This document shows positions 30,488 through 37,312 of a stretch of DNA of 45,838 bases, one piece after another (position 1 is the stretch's first letter; each line of letters begins with the position of its first letter). The stretch is from a phage, in assembly GCA_014143165.1 (NCBI GenBank), contig GCA_014143165.1_4843.1. The stretch is one strand, 5' to 3'. A program made the translations under genes and the position numbers. Below the pieces are notes generated by a model. The model was not told where the DNA came from. It did no database searches and saw only the letters and a list, made by a program, of their open reading frames with translations.

Positions 30488-30649
30488 TTATTTAATGCAT
30501 TGATACAACAGAAACGGCACGACGCCAGTTACCACGGAGAAAAACGAACCAATCATGAAGTGTATCTTGCTTAGCTGTTGCACTCCAGCGGCTATAAACC
30601 ACCAGAATATAAAGTTCAATGGAATCCATAACGACCAGAATAGTGCCAT
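30488..30649 (-). CDS. Hypothetical small membrane protein (53 aa)
   Basis: Hand-translated: MALFWSLWIPLNFIFWWFIAAGVQQLSKIHFMIGSFFSVVTGVVPFLLYQCIK. TGATG overlap with the upstream gene. Confidence 0.4.
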   Translation of the reverse strand: MALFWSLWIPLNFIFWWFIAAGVQQLSKIHFMIGSFFSVVTGVVPFLLYQCIK

Positions 30650-30837
30650 CACTCCACCTTTTCGAATTTATCAATGACAACATCAATACCTTGCTCTCGT
30701 AGCTTAGCAACTGCATCATCAGAAAAGAATTTATCTAACGCCGTCACGGCGCTATCAGCAATTGCGAGTCTTCCTATCTTCTCAGCAATGCAGCCGTTAC
30801 TCAGCACCACTTCAGCATGAATAAAATAAACGCTCAT
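30649..30837 (-). CDS. Hypothetical protein
   Basis: 62 aa from the ATG at 30837 (MSVYFIHAEV...), TGATG-coupled. Confidence 0.5.
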   Translation of the reverse strand: MSVYFIHAEVVLSNGCIAEKIGRLAIADSAVTALDKFFSDDAVAKLREQGIDVVIDKFEKVE

Positions 30838-31004
30838 CACTCAATCTCCTCACCATTAATCCAGCGCTGCAGGACTTCGATTAGCTGCGCAGCCTGTTGT
30901 TTATCAATCCTGACATAATCTCCAGTAAAATCCTGCACACAAATAGTGTCGTAATCCGTGAACACATTAATCTCCAGACAGTTAGCTGTTTCCTCAATTT
31001 TCAT
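30837..31004 (-). CDS. Hypothetical protein (55 aa)
   Basis: Hand-translated: MKIEETANCLEINVFTDYDTICVQDFTGDYVRIDKQQAAQLIEVLQRWINGEEIE. GAGGGTG lies upstream. Confidence 0.45.
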   Translation of the reverse strand: MKIEETANCLEINVFTDYDTICVQDFTGDYVRIDKQQAAQLIEVLQRWINGEEIE

Positions 31005-31008
31005 CACA

Positions 31009-31215
31009 TCACCCTCTCAAAAAATCATTCTTGCAGCAGATACCCTTATATCCGCGCTTCTCTTGCAGGTTAACGAAAACATCATCAATAACGCGCAGCA
31101 GGAAATCCTCGTCGATGTCATACCGACGGCAAATTACCTCGTCAGGCACACCAGCACGCGCTAGTGAATAAACCCGCTCTTTCTCCTCCTGTGTGAATCC
31201 TGCATAGCTGCGCAT
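31009..31215 (-). CDS. Small HTH-like DNA-binding protein (tentative)
   Basis: The ATG at 31215 (MRSYAGFTQEEKERVYSLARAGVPDEVICRRYDIDEDFL...) has GGAGA upstream. Its helix-turn-helix-like core resembles resolvase/Psq-type HTH. First gene after the promoter at 31247-31275. Confidence 0.45.
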   Translation of the reverse strand: MRSYAGFTQEEKERVYSLARAGVPDEVICRRYDIDEDFLLRVIDDVFVNLQEKRGYKGICCKNDFLRG

Positions 31216-31246
31216 AGTTATATCTCCGATAAACCTGATGTAGATT

Positions 31247-31275
31247 ATACTATGCGCTCGGTGTAGATTGGTCAA
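31247..31275 (-). promoter_or_regulatory. Promoter TTGACC-17-TAGTAT (leftward) overlapped by plus-strand GRTGTAGATT copies
   Basis: Minus strand: TTGACC (31270-31275), 17 nt, TAGTAT (31247-31252). Plus-strand motif copies lie at 31237-31246, 31260-31269 and 31283-31292. Confidence 0.5.
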
Positions 31276-31291
31276 GTGTGGTGATGCAGAT

Positions 31292-32716
31292 TTATCTCCT
31301 GCGCCGGATTAGCATCCCGCTACCGCGCTGGACGATGTGATCATTAAGTGCGTAACGAACCGCATCCCAGTAGTGGTTATATGCATCAACAATATCAGTC
31401 AGCACATTCCCTGTCAGCTTATCGACCTTGTAGCTGTACATTGCAGCTTCATTCTGCATCTCCTTGCATCGTTCGTGAATAACAATGCCGTCACAGCCGC
31501 GCAGCCACGTTACACCATCTTCAACGCTACCTGGCCATTTCGTGCATGGATGAATATCAAATCCAGAACGCTTTATGTGGCTGATTGTTTCAGGCCGAGC
31601 ACAGTCGGCATACCATCGTGCGCGCTTAGCCATCGGGAATGATTGTTGCATCGCGGCTGGCGTGTCAGTAATCTCAAGCCCAACCCTGCCATACTCGCGA
31701 TTAATATAAATGTTGCGCCGTCCACCTGGTAATTCTTCGATGTAAACCTCAACCATCGCGGTAGGGTCAGTGGAGAAACCGAAGTCCATACCGAAGTATG
31801 GTCCATGCCATTCAGGTTTAACCTCAAAGTTGTCGACGCGCCATTTGCCGCCGAAGACTTGTTCGTCGCTGCGCTTGTTGAAGGATCCCATCCAAATCCA
31901 GCGATAACGGTCGTAATCAGTTCGCTTCATTTGCTCCATAGCGGATGGCAACGGCGTATCCCAGAACCACGGGTTGTCTGAATAGTTACATTCGATAATC
32001 AGTATTTCATCATTTTCGAATATGCCATCAACCATCTGTGAGTGATAGGGGGCAATCCAGTTTTTCCACGTCGGGTCTGTGTCTTTGTTGGGGTTGAATG
32101 AGCACCACAACTCAGAGTTTGCAGCACGGATGGTAGGCACGAGAATATCCCAGCTTGTCTGGCTGACGTTCTCTGCTTCCTCTACCCAGCCAACGGTAAT
32201 GCCAGCAAAACCTTTAACCGTAGTCTGGTTGCGATACAACCCTTTGAAGCGGAATTTAGCTTTGGTCTTCTTGTGTGTTATCTCGTTGTTGATAACACGG
32301 AACTCAGCTGACTCACCCTTACGCGCTATTTCGTCGCACAATTCCTGATAGCTTGAGTCTTCAATGGATTGCTGAATCTCACGAAAGCAGGCGAAACGGT
32401 CAGGTCGAAACCTTGCACGCTCAGTAAGTATAGTGATAATCGTTCTCGTCTTACCTGACCCGCGGCCACCGTAGACAAACTTGAATCGTTTGGGATAAAG
32501 CAGGCGCTCCAGTTTTGCAGGAATCAGGTGGTCGGCATGATTAGTTACATTGGTCACATCATCAACGCCAGTGGCGGTCATCCTTAACCGCTTAATGACA
32601 TTCTTCTGCATGTCGCAGATGCCAAAGATAGCTGACTCTGCAACATCAGTCATTGCATCATCAATCTGCGCTTCCAGCTTTTCGATTGCTAGAGCGGAAA
32701 GGCGTTTACGAGCCAT
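31292..32716 (-). CDS. terL: Terminase large subunit (PBSX / Terminase_3 type)
   Basis: 474 aa. It has the Walker A motif YGGRGSGKT and nuclease-domain acidic motifs in the C-terminal half. Confidence 0.9.
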   Translation of the reverse strand: MARKRLSALAIEKLEAQIDDAMTDVAESAIFGICDMQKNVIKRLRMTATGVDDVTNVTNHADHLIPAKLERLLYPKRFKFVYGGRGSGKTRTIITILTERARFRPDRFACFREIQQSIEDSSYQELCDEIARKGESAEFRVINNEITHKKTKAKFRFKGLYRNQTTVKGFAGITVGWVEEAENVSQTSWDILVPTIRAANSELWCSFNPNKDTDPTWKNWIAPYHSQMVDGIFENDEILIIECNYSDNPWFWDTPLPSAMEQMKRTDYDRYRWIWMGSFNKRSDEQVFGGKWRVDNFEVKPEWHGPYFGMDFGFSTDPTAMVEVYIEELPGGRRNIYINREYGRVGLEITDTPAAMQQSFPMAKRARWYADCARPETISHIKRSGFDIHPCTKWPGSVEDGVTWLRGCDGIVIHERCKEMQNEAAMYSYKVDKLTGNVLTDIVDAYNHYWDAVRYALNDHIVQRGSGMLIRRRR

Positions 32717-32852
32717 TGATTAGCCCCTGCAAAACAGTCATCACCTCTTCATCGGTCATTGCTTTATCAAATGTAACGCCGCGACTACTGCTGTTGCGTG
32801 GCAATAGCACCTCATCACATTTTGATTTATAGTTATTTGCTTCATCATCCAT
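32706..32852 (-). CDS. Hypothetical small protein between terS and terL (48 aa)
   Basis: The in-frame ATG at 32852 of track ORF 32706-33059 gives MDDEANNYKSKCDEVLLPRNSSSRGVTFDKAMTDEEVMTVLQGLINGS. It overlaps the TerS stop by 8 nt and the TerL start by 11 nt. Confidence 0.35.
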   Translation of the reverse strand: MDDEANNYKSKCDEVLLPRNSSSRGVTFDKAMTDEEVMTVLQGLINGS

Positions 32853-33264
32853 TCTGCTGCTCCAGTAATTTCTCCAGTCGCTCAAGTCGCGCGGCGAGTT
32901 CGGTGACTTCTGCAATATCCAGTCCTGTCCTGATAACTTCAGCAAATGTCTTGCCAATGTCCACAGGCATGACGCCAGATGCGATGCCTCGAATAACGGC
33001 ATCAATCTTCTGAACGGGGGTTCCATCATCAGGGAAGTCCACCTCAAACACCGGGGCAACAGGTTTAGGTAATGGGCTGAATCGAACGATAAGCTCCTTC
33101 ATCATCGCGGTGTCACGTTCAATCATTGCCATCTCAACGATGGTGTCATAGAGCTTTTCCTCACTAAACCCCTTTCTCTCAAGAGCTTCAACGAGCAACT
33201 TACGCTTGTCTTTTCCGCGTTTATTTTGCGGTTGATTTTCTTTACTGAATAGCTTTTTAGCCAT
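32845..33264 (-). CDS. terS: Terminase small subunit (positional)
   Basis: 139 aa with a basic N-terminus (KENQPQNKRGKDKRK) and a helical oligomerisation-like C-terminus. Located directly upstream of terL. Confidence 0.6.
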   Translation of the reverse strand: MAKKLFSKENQPQNKRGKDKRKLLVEALERKGFSEEKLYDTIVEMAMIERDTAMMKELIVRFSPLPKPVAPVFEVDFPDDGTPVQKIDAVIRGIASGVMPVDIGKTFAEVIRTGLDIAEVTELAARLERLEKLLEQQNG

Positions 33265-33307
33265 AGATAAAACCTATCAATATTCCGCTATTTTTCCGTT
33301 ATTCGAT

Positions 33308-33327
33308 ATTGTAACAGATTCTACACC
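33308..33327 (-). promoter_or_regulatory. Late-operon promoter candidates (TGTTACAAT extended -10; GGTGTAGAAT motif)
   Basis: The minus strand reads GGTGTAGAATCTGTTACAAT. It lies between the early-operon terminator and the terS ATG at 33264. Confidence 0.45.
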
Positions 33328-33340
33328 ATGACGTTAATGG

Positions 33341-33367
33341 CAAAAAAGAACCCGCACAAGGCGGGTT
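33341..33367 (-). terminator. Intrinsic terminator ending the leftward early operon
   Basis: AACCCGC-CTTGT-GCGGGTT followed on the minus strand by CTTTTTTG. Confidence 0.75.
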
Positions 33368-33411
33368 AAAGGTTGGGTGATGATATGAGTGAAGCAATGG
33401 TTGTTATGCGT

Positions 33412-33591
33412 TTATTGTACACCATCATTATCACGCTTGCCAGCATAGCACCATGCATTTTCATTTCGCGTCTGCACATGAACGATTTCAAGCGCATCAG
33501 GGAATGTCTTTGCGACCTTCGCGATGAAATCGTCCAGTTCGTGTTGTTTGGCGAGATTCCAGACTTTCTGCTTAGTGGTTTGCATTAGCAT
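33412..33591 (-). CDS. Hypothetical protein (59 aa)
   Basis: The ATG at 33591 has GAGGG upstream (MLMQTTKQKVWNLAKQHELDDF...). The track ORF extends to 33651. Confidence 0.45.
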   Translation of the reverse strand: MLMQTTKQKVWNLAKQHELDDFIAKVAKTFPDALEIVHVQTRNENAWCYAGKRDNDGVQ

Positions 33592-33751
33592 AATCCCTCG
33601 TGGAGCACATGCACTTAATGTTATGCACGCCATTGTCAGGCACAACCTCAATGTAATTACCTATCTGCACCATCATGTAATGACATGTCTTCATACTGTC
33701 CCAGTAGCGCTCCCACATGTTTTGCATTGCGTCACTGATATCGTTAAACAT
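33572..33751 (-). CDS. Hypothetical protein (59 aa)
   Basis: ATG at 33751 (MFNDISDAMQNMWERYWDS...). The track ORF starts at a TTG at 33760. Confidence 0.45.
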   Translation of the reverse strand: MFNDISDAMQNMWERYWDSMKTCHYMMVQIGNYIEVVPDNGVHNIKCMCSTRDYANANH

Positions 33752-33851
33752 AATGCACAACTCCTGCGATAGCGGCTACCAGAGCCAGAGCGTACACAGC
33801 AAGGAAGATTTTATCGCCAGCGGTGTAGCGGCGTCGTTGGTGTCTGGTCAT
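33744..33851 (-). CDS. Hypothetical small membrane protein (35 aa)
   Basis: Hand-translated: MTRHQRRRYTAGDKIFLAVYALALVAAIAGVVHYV. GGAGGA lies upstream. Confidence 0.4.
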   Translation of the reverse strand: MTRHQRRRYTAGDKIFLAVYALALVAAIAGVVHYV

Positions 33852-33914
33852 ATGTATTCCTCCACTAAAGCGTGCGCCACAAAGAGCGCACTGATAATTA
33901 ATATGAACGGGTAG

Positions 33915-34382
33915 CTATTCACTTTTAGCCAGGGTTTCGAATTGCTGGTTGGTCGTGTCGCAATGGGTATCAGTATCTTTTGCATCACCGCTTAACTTTG
34001 CGTGCAAATGGATAACGCGCCAACCTCTACTAATCCAGTCATCTGCAATACCCTTGCTGCGAGTTATTGCTGGAATGCCAAGTCCATTATCATAATGAAT
34101 CCATGCCATTGGTTCATTGCTATAAGCGTTACGAAGTTTCTGTATCTCATCATCCATAGACAAAAACTTCTCGTGTGCCAATTTGACAGCTGCATCCGCT
34201 TTTCTCATTGACTCCATAGCTAATTCATTCTCAGCTTCCAGCGCCGCGCATTTGGCTTGCAGCGCCTCGTAGTCACGGTGCCTTACATAAATACCATCAT
34301 CCGAAAGTTCCATTCTGGCTTCGCTAAGGTTGCAATTACCATCCATATCGCCAACAAGGTCATAACGCTTAACTTCACTCAT
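33915..34382 (-). CDS. Hypothetical protein with central coiled coil
   Basis: 155-aa ORF. Confidence 0.55.
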   Translation of the reverse strand: MSEVKRYDLVGDMDGNCNLSEARMELSDDGIYVRHRDYEALQAKCAALEAENELAMESMRKADAAVKLAHEKFLSMDDEIQKLRNAYSNEPMAWIHYDNGLGIPAITRSKGIADDWISRGWRVIHLHAKLSGDAKDTDTHCDTTNQQFETLAKSE

Positions 34383-34385
34383 ACC

Positions 34386-34613
34386 CTAACCCCCCATAAT
34401 TTCTTCGTAATAGCTATCTTCTTCAAACTCAATCTTTGCGATTTTGAATGCATCCTCATCGGTGATGTCAATCGCTTTGAATTTGCACTTCGCCAGCACG
34501 ATGCAGCCAGACAGGATTAGCCACTTATTCCACCAGCGAACTCGCTTAATTGCCTTGCTCGCATACATTTTGTTCTGTACAAACCAGAGCTCGTATGTTT
34601 TTACTTTTGCCAT
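34386..34613 (-). CDS. Hypothetical protein
   Basis: 75-aa ORF. Confidence 0.5.
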   Translation of the reverse strand: MAKVKTYELWFVQNKMYASKAIKRVRWWNKWLILSGCIVLAKCKFKAIDITDEDAFKIAKIEFEEDSYYEEIMGG

Positions 34614-34617
34614 ATCA

Positions 34618-35267
34618 TCACCCTATTTCACATATCATATAAACTTTCCTCATTAGGCCGTCAAACAGCATTGGGTGTATAGAATCACATAACCCCTTAA
34701 TTTGCTTTGCTTGCTTTATCTTTTCATTCTTCCATGCCTGATGCGCTTCAATCACCGAACTGAAATAGCCTAAAAATACTGTACGACCATTGCCATCACC
34801 TATGTGCGCTTGATAGGCGCCAGAACACTTATTAAATGACACACCTATAGGCAAGTCACCTCTCGAGGCATTCCTTGCTGTCACGAAGTTGTTTAGGTGT
34901 GGAGGCACGTAAACACATGCTTCAGGTGAGTAAGTCAAATTACCCGGAATCAATATATCCTTATCAAGGTGCCACCCTTCAACGTAATGGTTCTTCCACC
35001 ACAAATTAAAGTTTGAAAACATCAGCCACTCATTACAACAAGTAACATTCTCATATGTTTTGTGTTGTTTTTGAATCCATCATCAAAACACCTCCTGAGC
35101 ATTTGATACCATTGGCTATATCCATAATGTTGCACCTTTTTACCATCAACTTTCATCGCAACACCGAAGCCACAATCATTAACTCCAACACCAAATATTG
35201 GCTTTCTTTTTCCTTTCTTTATATCTCTGTTAAGCTCCATTTTTATGGAGAGATTTTTCTTTTGCAT
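34618..35267 (-). pseudogene. Frameshift-split homing endonuclease (AP2-domain type)
   Basis: Two abutting ORFs (35267-35022 and 35022-34618). The alternative frame across the junction reads KTYENVTCCNEWLMFSNFNLWW, continuous with the second ORF, so one frame shift in or near the A-runs at about 35046-35065 splits the gene. The C-terminal GVSFNKCSGAYQAHIGDGNGRTVFLGYFSSVIEAHQAW is an AP2 domain. Confidence 0.6.
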
Positions 35268-35367
35268 TTCTTTTCCTCATGGCCTTTAGTCTGCAATATG
35301 GACAGCAGTACTTCTTGTCACTTCTGCATCCTGGCAACAGGTCTTTCCCGCACATCAAGCACTTCAT
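35230..35367 (-). CDS. Hypothetical small zinc-ribbon protein (45 aa)
   Basis: Hand-translated: MKCLMCGKDLLPGCRSDKKYCCPYCRLKAMRKRNAKEKSLHKNGA. It overlaps the 5' end of the split endonuclease gene. Confidence 0.35.
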   Translation of the reverse strand: MKCLMCGKDLLPGCRSDKKYCCPYCRLKAMRKRNAKEKSLHKNGA

Positions 35368-35469
35368 TATTAATCCTCACAATAAAGATAACACATAGCT
35401 GTTATCATATCAAGATGTAATGCAATCCATTATCACAATAAAACATATCAAAAGTGGTAGCTTTCCTGT

Positions 35470-35652
35470 TCAGAACACGATAATCAGCTCATCCATTACT
35501 CTGCGCTTACCTTCACCATTAAACACGCGCACAACGCGATTTACACGTATAGATTCCATTGCATTGCGTGCCTGCTTGCTCATAAAGTTCTGCGCGCCAA
35601 CATGACCAAGTTCTTGTTCCAGCTTCTCTCGTCGATAGATAGTCTTTGCCAT
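35470..35652 (-). CDS. Hypothetical protein
   Basis: 60-aa ORF. Its ATG directly follows the stop of the upstream mini-ORF. Confidence 0.5.
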   Translation of the reverse strand: MAKTIYRREKLEQELGHVGAQNFMSKQARNAMESIRVNRVVRVFNGEGKRRVMDELIIVF

Positions 35653-35736
35653 TTATTGCACCTCGTAAGAATTAGTGATTGCCTTAATGCGGCGACGATA
35701 CCATTGCATGATGTGCTCGTTATGCCAGTTGCTCAT
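35653..35736 (-). CDS. Hypothetical mini-protein (27 aa)
   Basis: Hand-translated: MSNWHNEHIMQWYRRRIKAITNSYEVQ. Tightly packed with its neighbours. Confidence 0.3.
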   Translation of the reverse strand: MSNWHNEHIMQWYRRRIKAITNSYEVQ

Positions 35737-35740
35737 TCTG

Positions 35741-35836
35741 CTACCCCTTGTACCCTGATTTAGAAACTGCCACTGCGATAATGATGAACGCCACGATAAC
35801 AATACTGGCGATAAGTTCTAATGCTGCGCCTGTCAT
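35741..35836 (-). CDS. Hypothetical mini membrane protein (31 aa)
   Basis: Hand-translated: MTGAALELIASIVIVAFIIIAVAVSKSGYKG. ATGA overlap with the upstream ORF. Confidence 0.3.
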   Translation of the reverse strand: MTGAALELIASIVIVAFIIIAVAVSKSGYKG

Positions 35837-35979
35837 TTGCTTAACCCATACGCGGATATTAAAGCCTGCATTGCTGCGTTCCAGAATGCTTCGGCAAGAA
35901 TGCTGTTGTTTGTGCGCTCAACTGCAATGCGTGCCATAGCCTGAGCATCCTCAAATTCTTCAAGGTCTTTGTTCTTCAT
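35833..35979 (-). CDS. Hypothetical small protein (48 aa), first early gene
   Basis: Hand-translated: MKNKDLEEFEDAQAMARIAVERTNNSILAEAFWNAAMQALISAYGLSK. GAGG lies upstream, and it sits about 30 nt downstream of the promoter at 36010-36038. Confidence 0.35.
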   Translation of the reverse strand: MKNKDLEEFEDAQAMARIAVERTNNSILAEAFWNAAMQALISAYGLSK

Positions 35980-36009
35980 CTCTTCAACCTCACTTGTTTC
36001 GATGAGTTC

Positions 36010-36038
36010 AATCTACATCAGATGTGATTCTACGTCAA
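36010..36038 (-). promoter_or_regulatory. Leftward early promoter TTGACG-17-TAGATT
   Basis: Minus strand: TTGACG (36033-36038), 17 nt, TAGATT (36010-36015). It contains two motif copies, GATGTAGATT (36010-36019) and GACGTAGAAT (36027-36036). Confidence 0.65.
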
Positions 36039-36204
36039 CACACAGAGAAAGAAAAAGAACGACTAAATGTTAGTGAACGTTAGCTTACATGCATAGTTAC
36101 ATGTATCACTAATAGTAACCTTTGTTTATTACCTCTATAAAGTATATTAAGATCTTCTTTATATTTATTATAGATATTAATACCTTACGCTACAGAAAAA
36201 CGAA

Positions 36205-36230
36205 AACCAGCAATTAAGCTGGTTATTTTT
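36205..36230. terminator. Bidirectional hairpin between the early promoter and the iteron region
   Basis: AACCAGC-AATTAA-GCTGGTT (36205-36224) has T-runs on both strands (ATTTTTTAG on plus, TTCGTTTTTC on minus). Confidence 0.5.
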
Positions 36231-36252
36231 TAGTGGTTTTTAGTATTTTTTT

Positions 36253-36480
36253 GCTTCCCGGGCTTCCCGTGATTTCTGGTAAGCGTTTTTTTCTTTGTTT
36301 TCAGTAGCTTCGTAGTGTTTTTTGTATCGCTTCCCGCTTCCAAGAAAAATAATTTTTGAATTTTAAAACTCTCAATTTTTTCGAAAATCTTCTCGGGAAG
36401 CGGGAAGTTGGGAAGCGACCACTTAAACCATTGATTTTTCTGTATTTCCGCTTCCCGGGTTAAAATAAACATTGGGAAGC
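36253..36480. repeat. Iteron array GGGAAGC / GCTTCCC around an AT-rich core (putative replication origin)
   Basis: GCTTCCC at 36253, 36262, 36329 and 36450, plus a degenerate GCTTCCA at 36336. GGGAAGC at 36395, 36410 and 36474, plus GGGAAGT at 36402. The AT-rich spacer at 36343-36390 separates oppositely oriented copies. The array lies immediately upstream of the primase/helicase operon. Confidence 0.6.
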
Positions 36481-36647
36481 CAAATTATTGAAAAATAAAG
36501 AAAAGTTGCCACTCTGGAAGCTGTTATACACCTGTTGGAAATTGTTGTCAACAACCCGGAGCCTGGATCAGCTGCGTGGAATATGCTTGCTGATGTGTCT
36601 TTTTTCCTTTATTCTTTTTTTTGCCAAAAACCAAGCGGAGGTGAGTG

Positions 36648-36878
36648 ATGAGCAACGTGAAGAACGACTACAGATTTGGCAGTGCGATTGGCGAGGTCTG
36701 GGATTTTGTGCGTGATATGTTGGTTGGTGAGTGTAAGGAGTTTAACTTTGATGAGTTAACCGCTAATGAAGGATTAAGGGGATTCAGAGTTAACCTTCAT
36801 AAGGTTGCAGTGCGGAACGGATGGATGTTTAAAACACGAGCTAAGGCTGGTGGTTTGTGGGTTAAGCGGATTAAGTGA
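36648..36878 (+). CDS. Hypothetical protein
   Basis: The ATG at 36648 has GGAGG 6 nt upstream. 76 aa. First gene of the rightward replication operon. Confidence 0.55.
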   Translation: MSNVKNDYRFGSAIGEVWDFVRDMLVGECKEFNFDELTANEGLRGFRVNLHKVAVRNGWMFKTRAKAGGLWVKRIK

Positions 36879-37312
36879 GGTGTTGGGATATGAAAAGGTA
36901 CTACATTGAGGCAGTTGGGCCTGATGGTAAAAAGGTGTATGCCAGCGGTAGATGTGGTTTTCTGCATGATTTTACCTATGCCAAGTTTTTCAAAACAATA
37001 GAGGAGGCTGAGAGGTATATGGCGTTGCGGAAGCCGCATCTCCCATGTGAAATAAAATGCAAGGAGCAAAGGGTAAAAAAACGGGCCGCGTCTGTGCGGG
37101 AGCAAAAACCGACAATGGAGGGAGAGGCTCGAAGCTTCGTCTACCGACTTGGTTTGGGTAAGGGAAAGCATTTTGTGTTTGATGATTTTGCGTTGATAAG
37201 GAGTATTGAGCAGTTGAGAATTGCGCTTTCCGTAGTTGGTAAGAAGCTGCAAAAAAAATTCAGTGTCAAGATGGTTGCACGTAATACCGCTTATGTGGTG
37301 AGGGTTAAATGA
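36875..37312 (+). CDS. Hypothetical basic protein
   Basis: 145-aa ORF, coupled to its neighbours by overlapping start/stop codons. Confidence 0.55.
   Translation: MRCWDMKRYYIEAVGPDGKKVYASGRCGFLHDFTYAKFFKTIEEAERYMALRKPHLPCEIKCKEQRVKKRAASVREQKPTMEGEARSFVYRLGLGKGKHFVFDDFALIRSIEQLRIALSVVGKKLQKKFSVKMVARNTAYVVRVK

Noticed and set aside
32853-33059. Upstream two-thirds of track ORF 32706-33059
   Set aside because: It overlaps terS in another frame and gives an implausible Trp/Arg/Leu-rich sequence. I kept only the distal 48 codons after the in-frame ATG at 32852, and those only as a low-confidence gene.
36230-36715. Track ORFs 36230-36472 (minus, 80 aa) and 36488-36715 (plus, 75 aa, TTG start)
   Set aside because: Both are built from the iteron and AT-rich origin-like sequence, lack SD sequences, and give Lys/Phe/Leu-rich low-complexity products. 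I interpret the region as non-coding.
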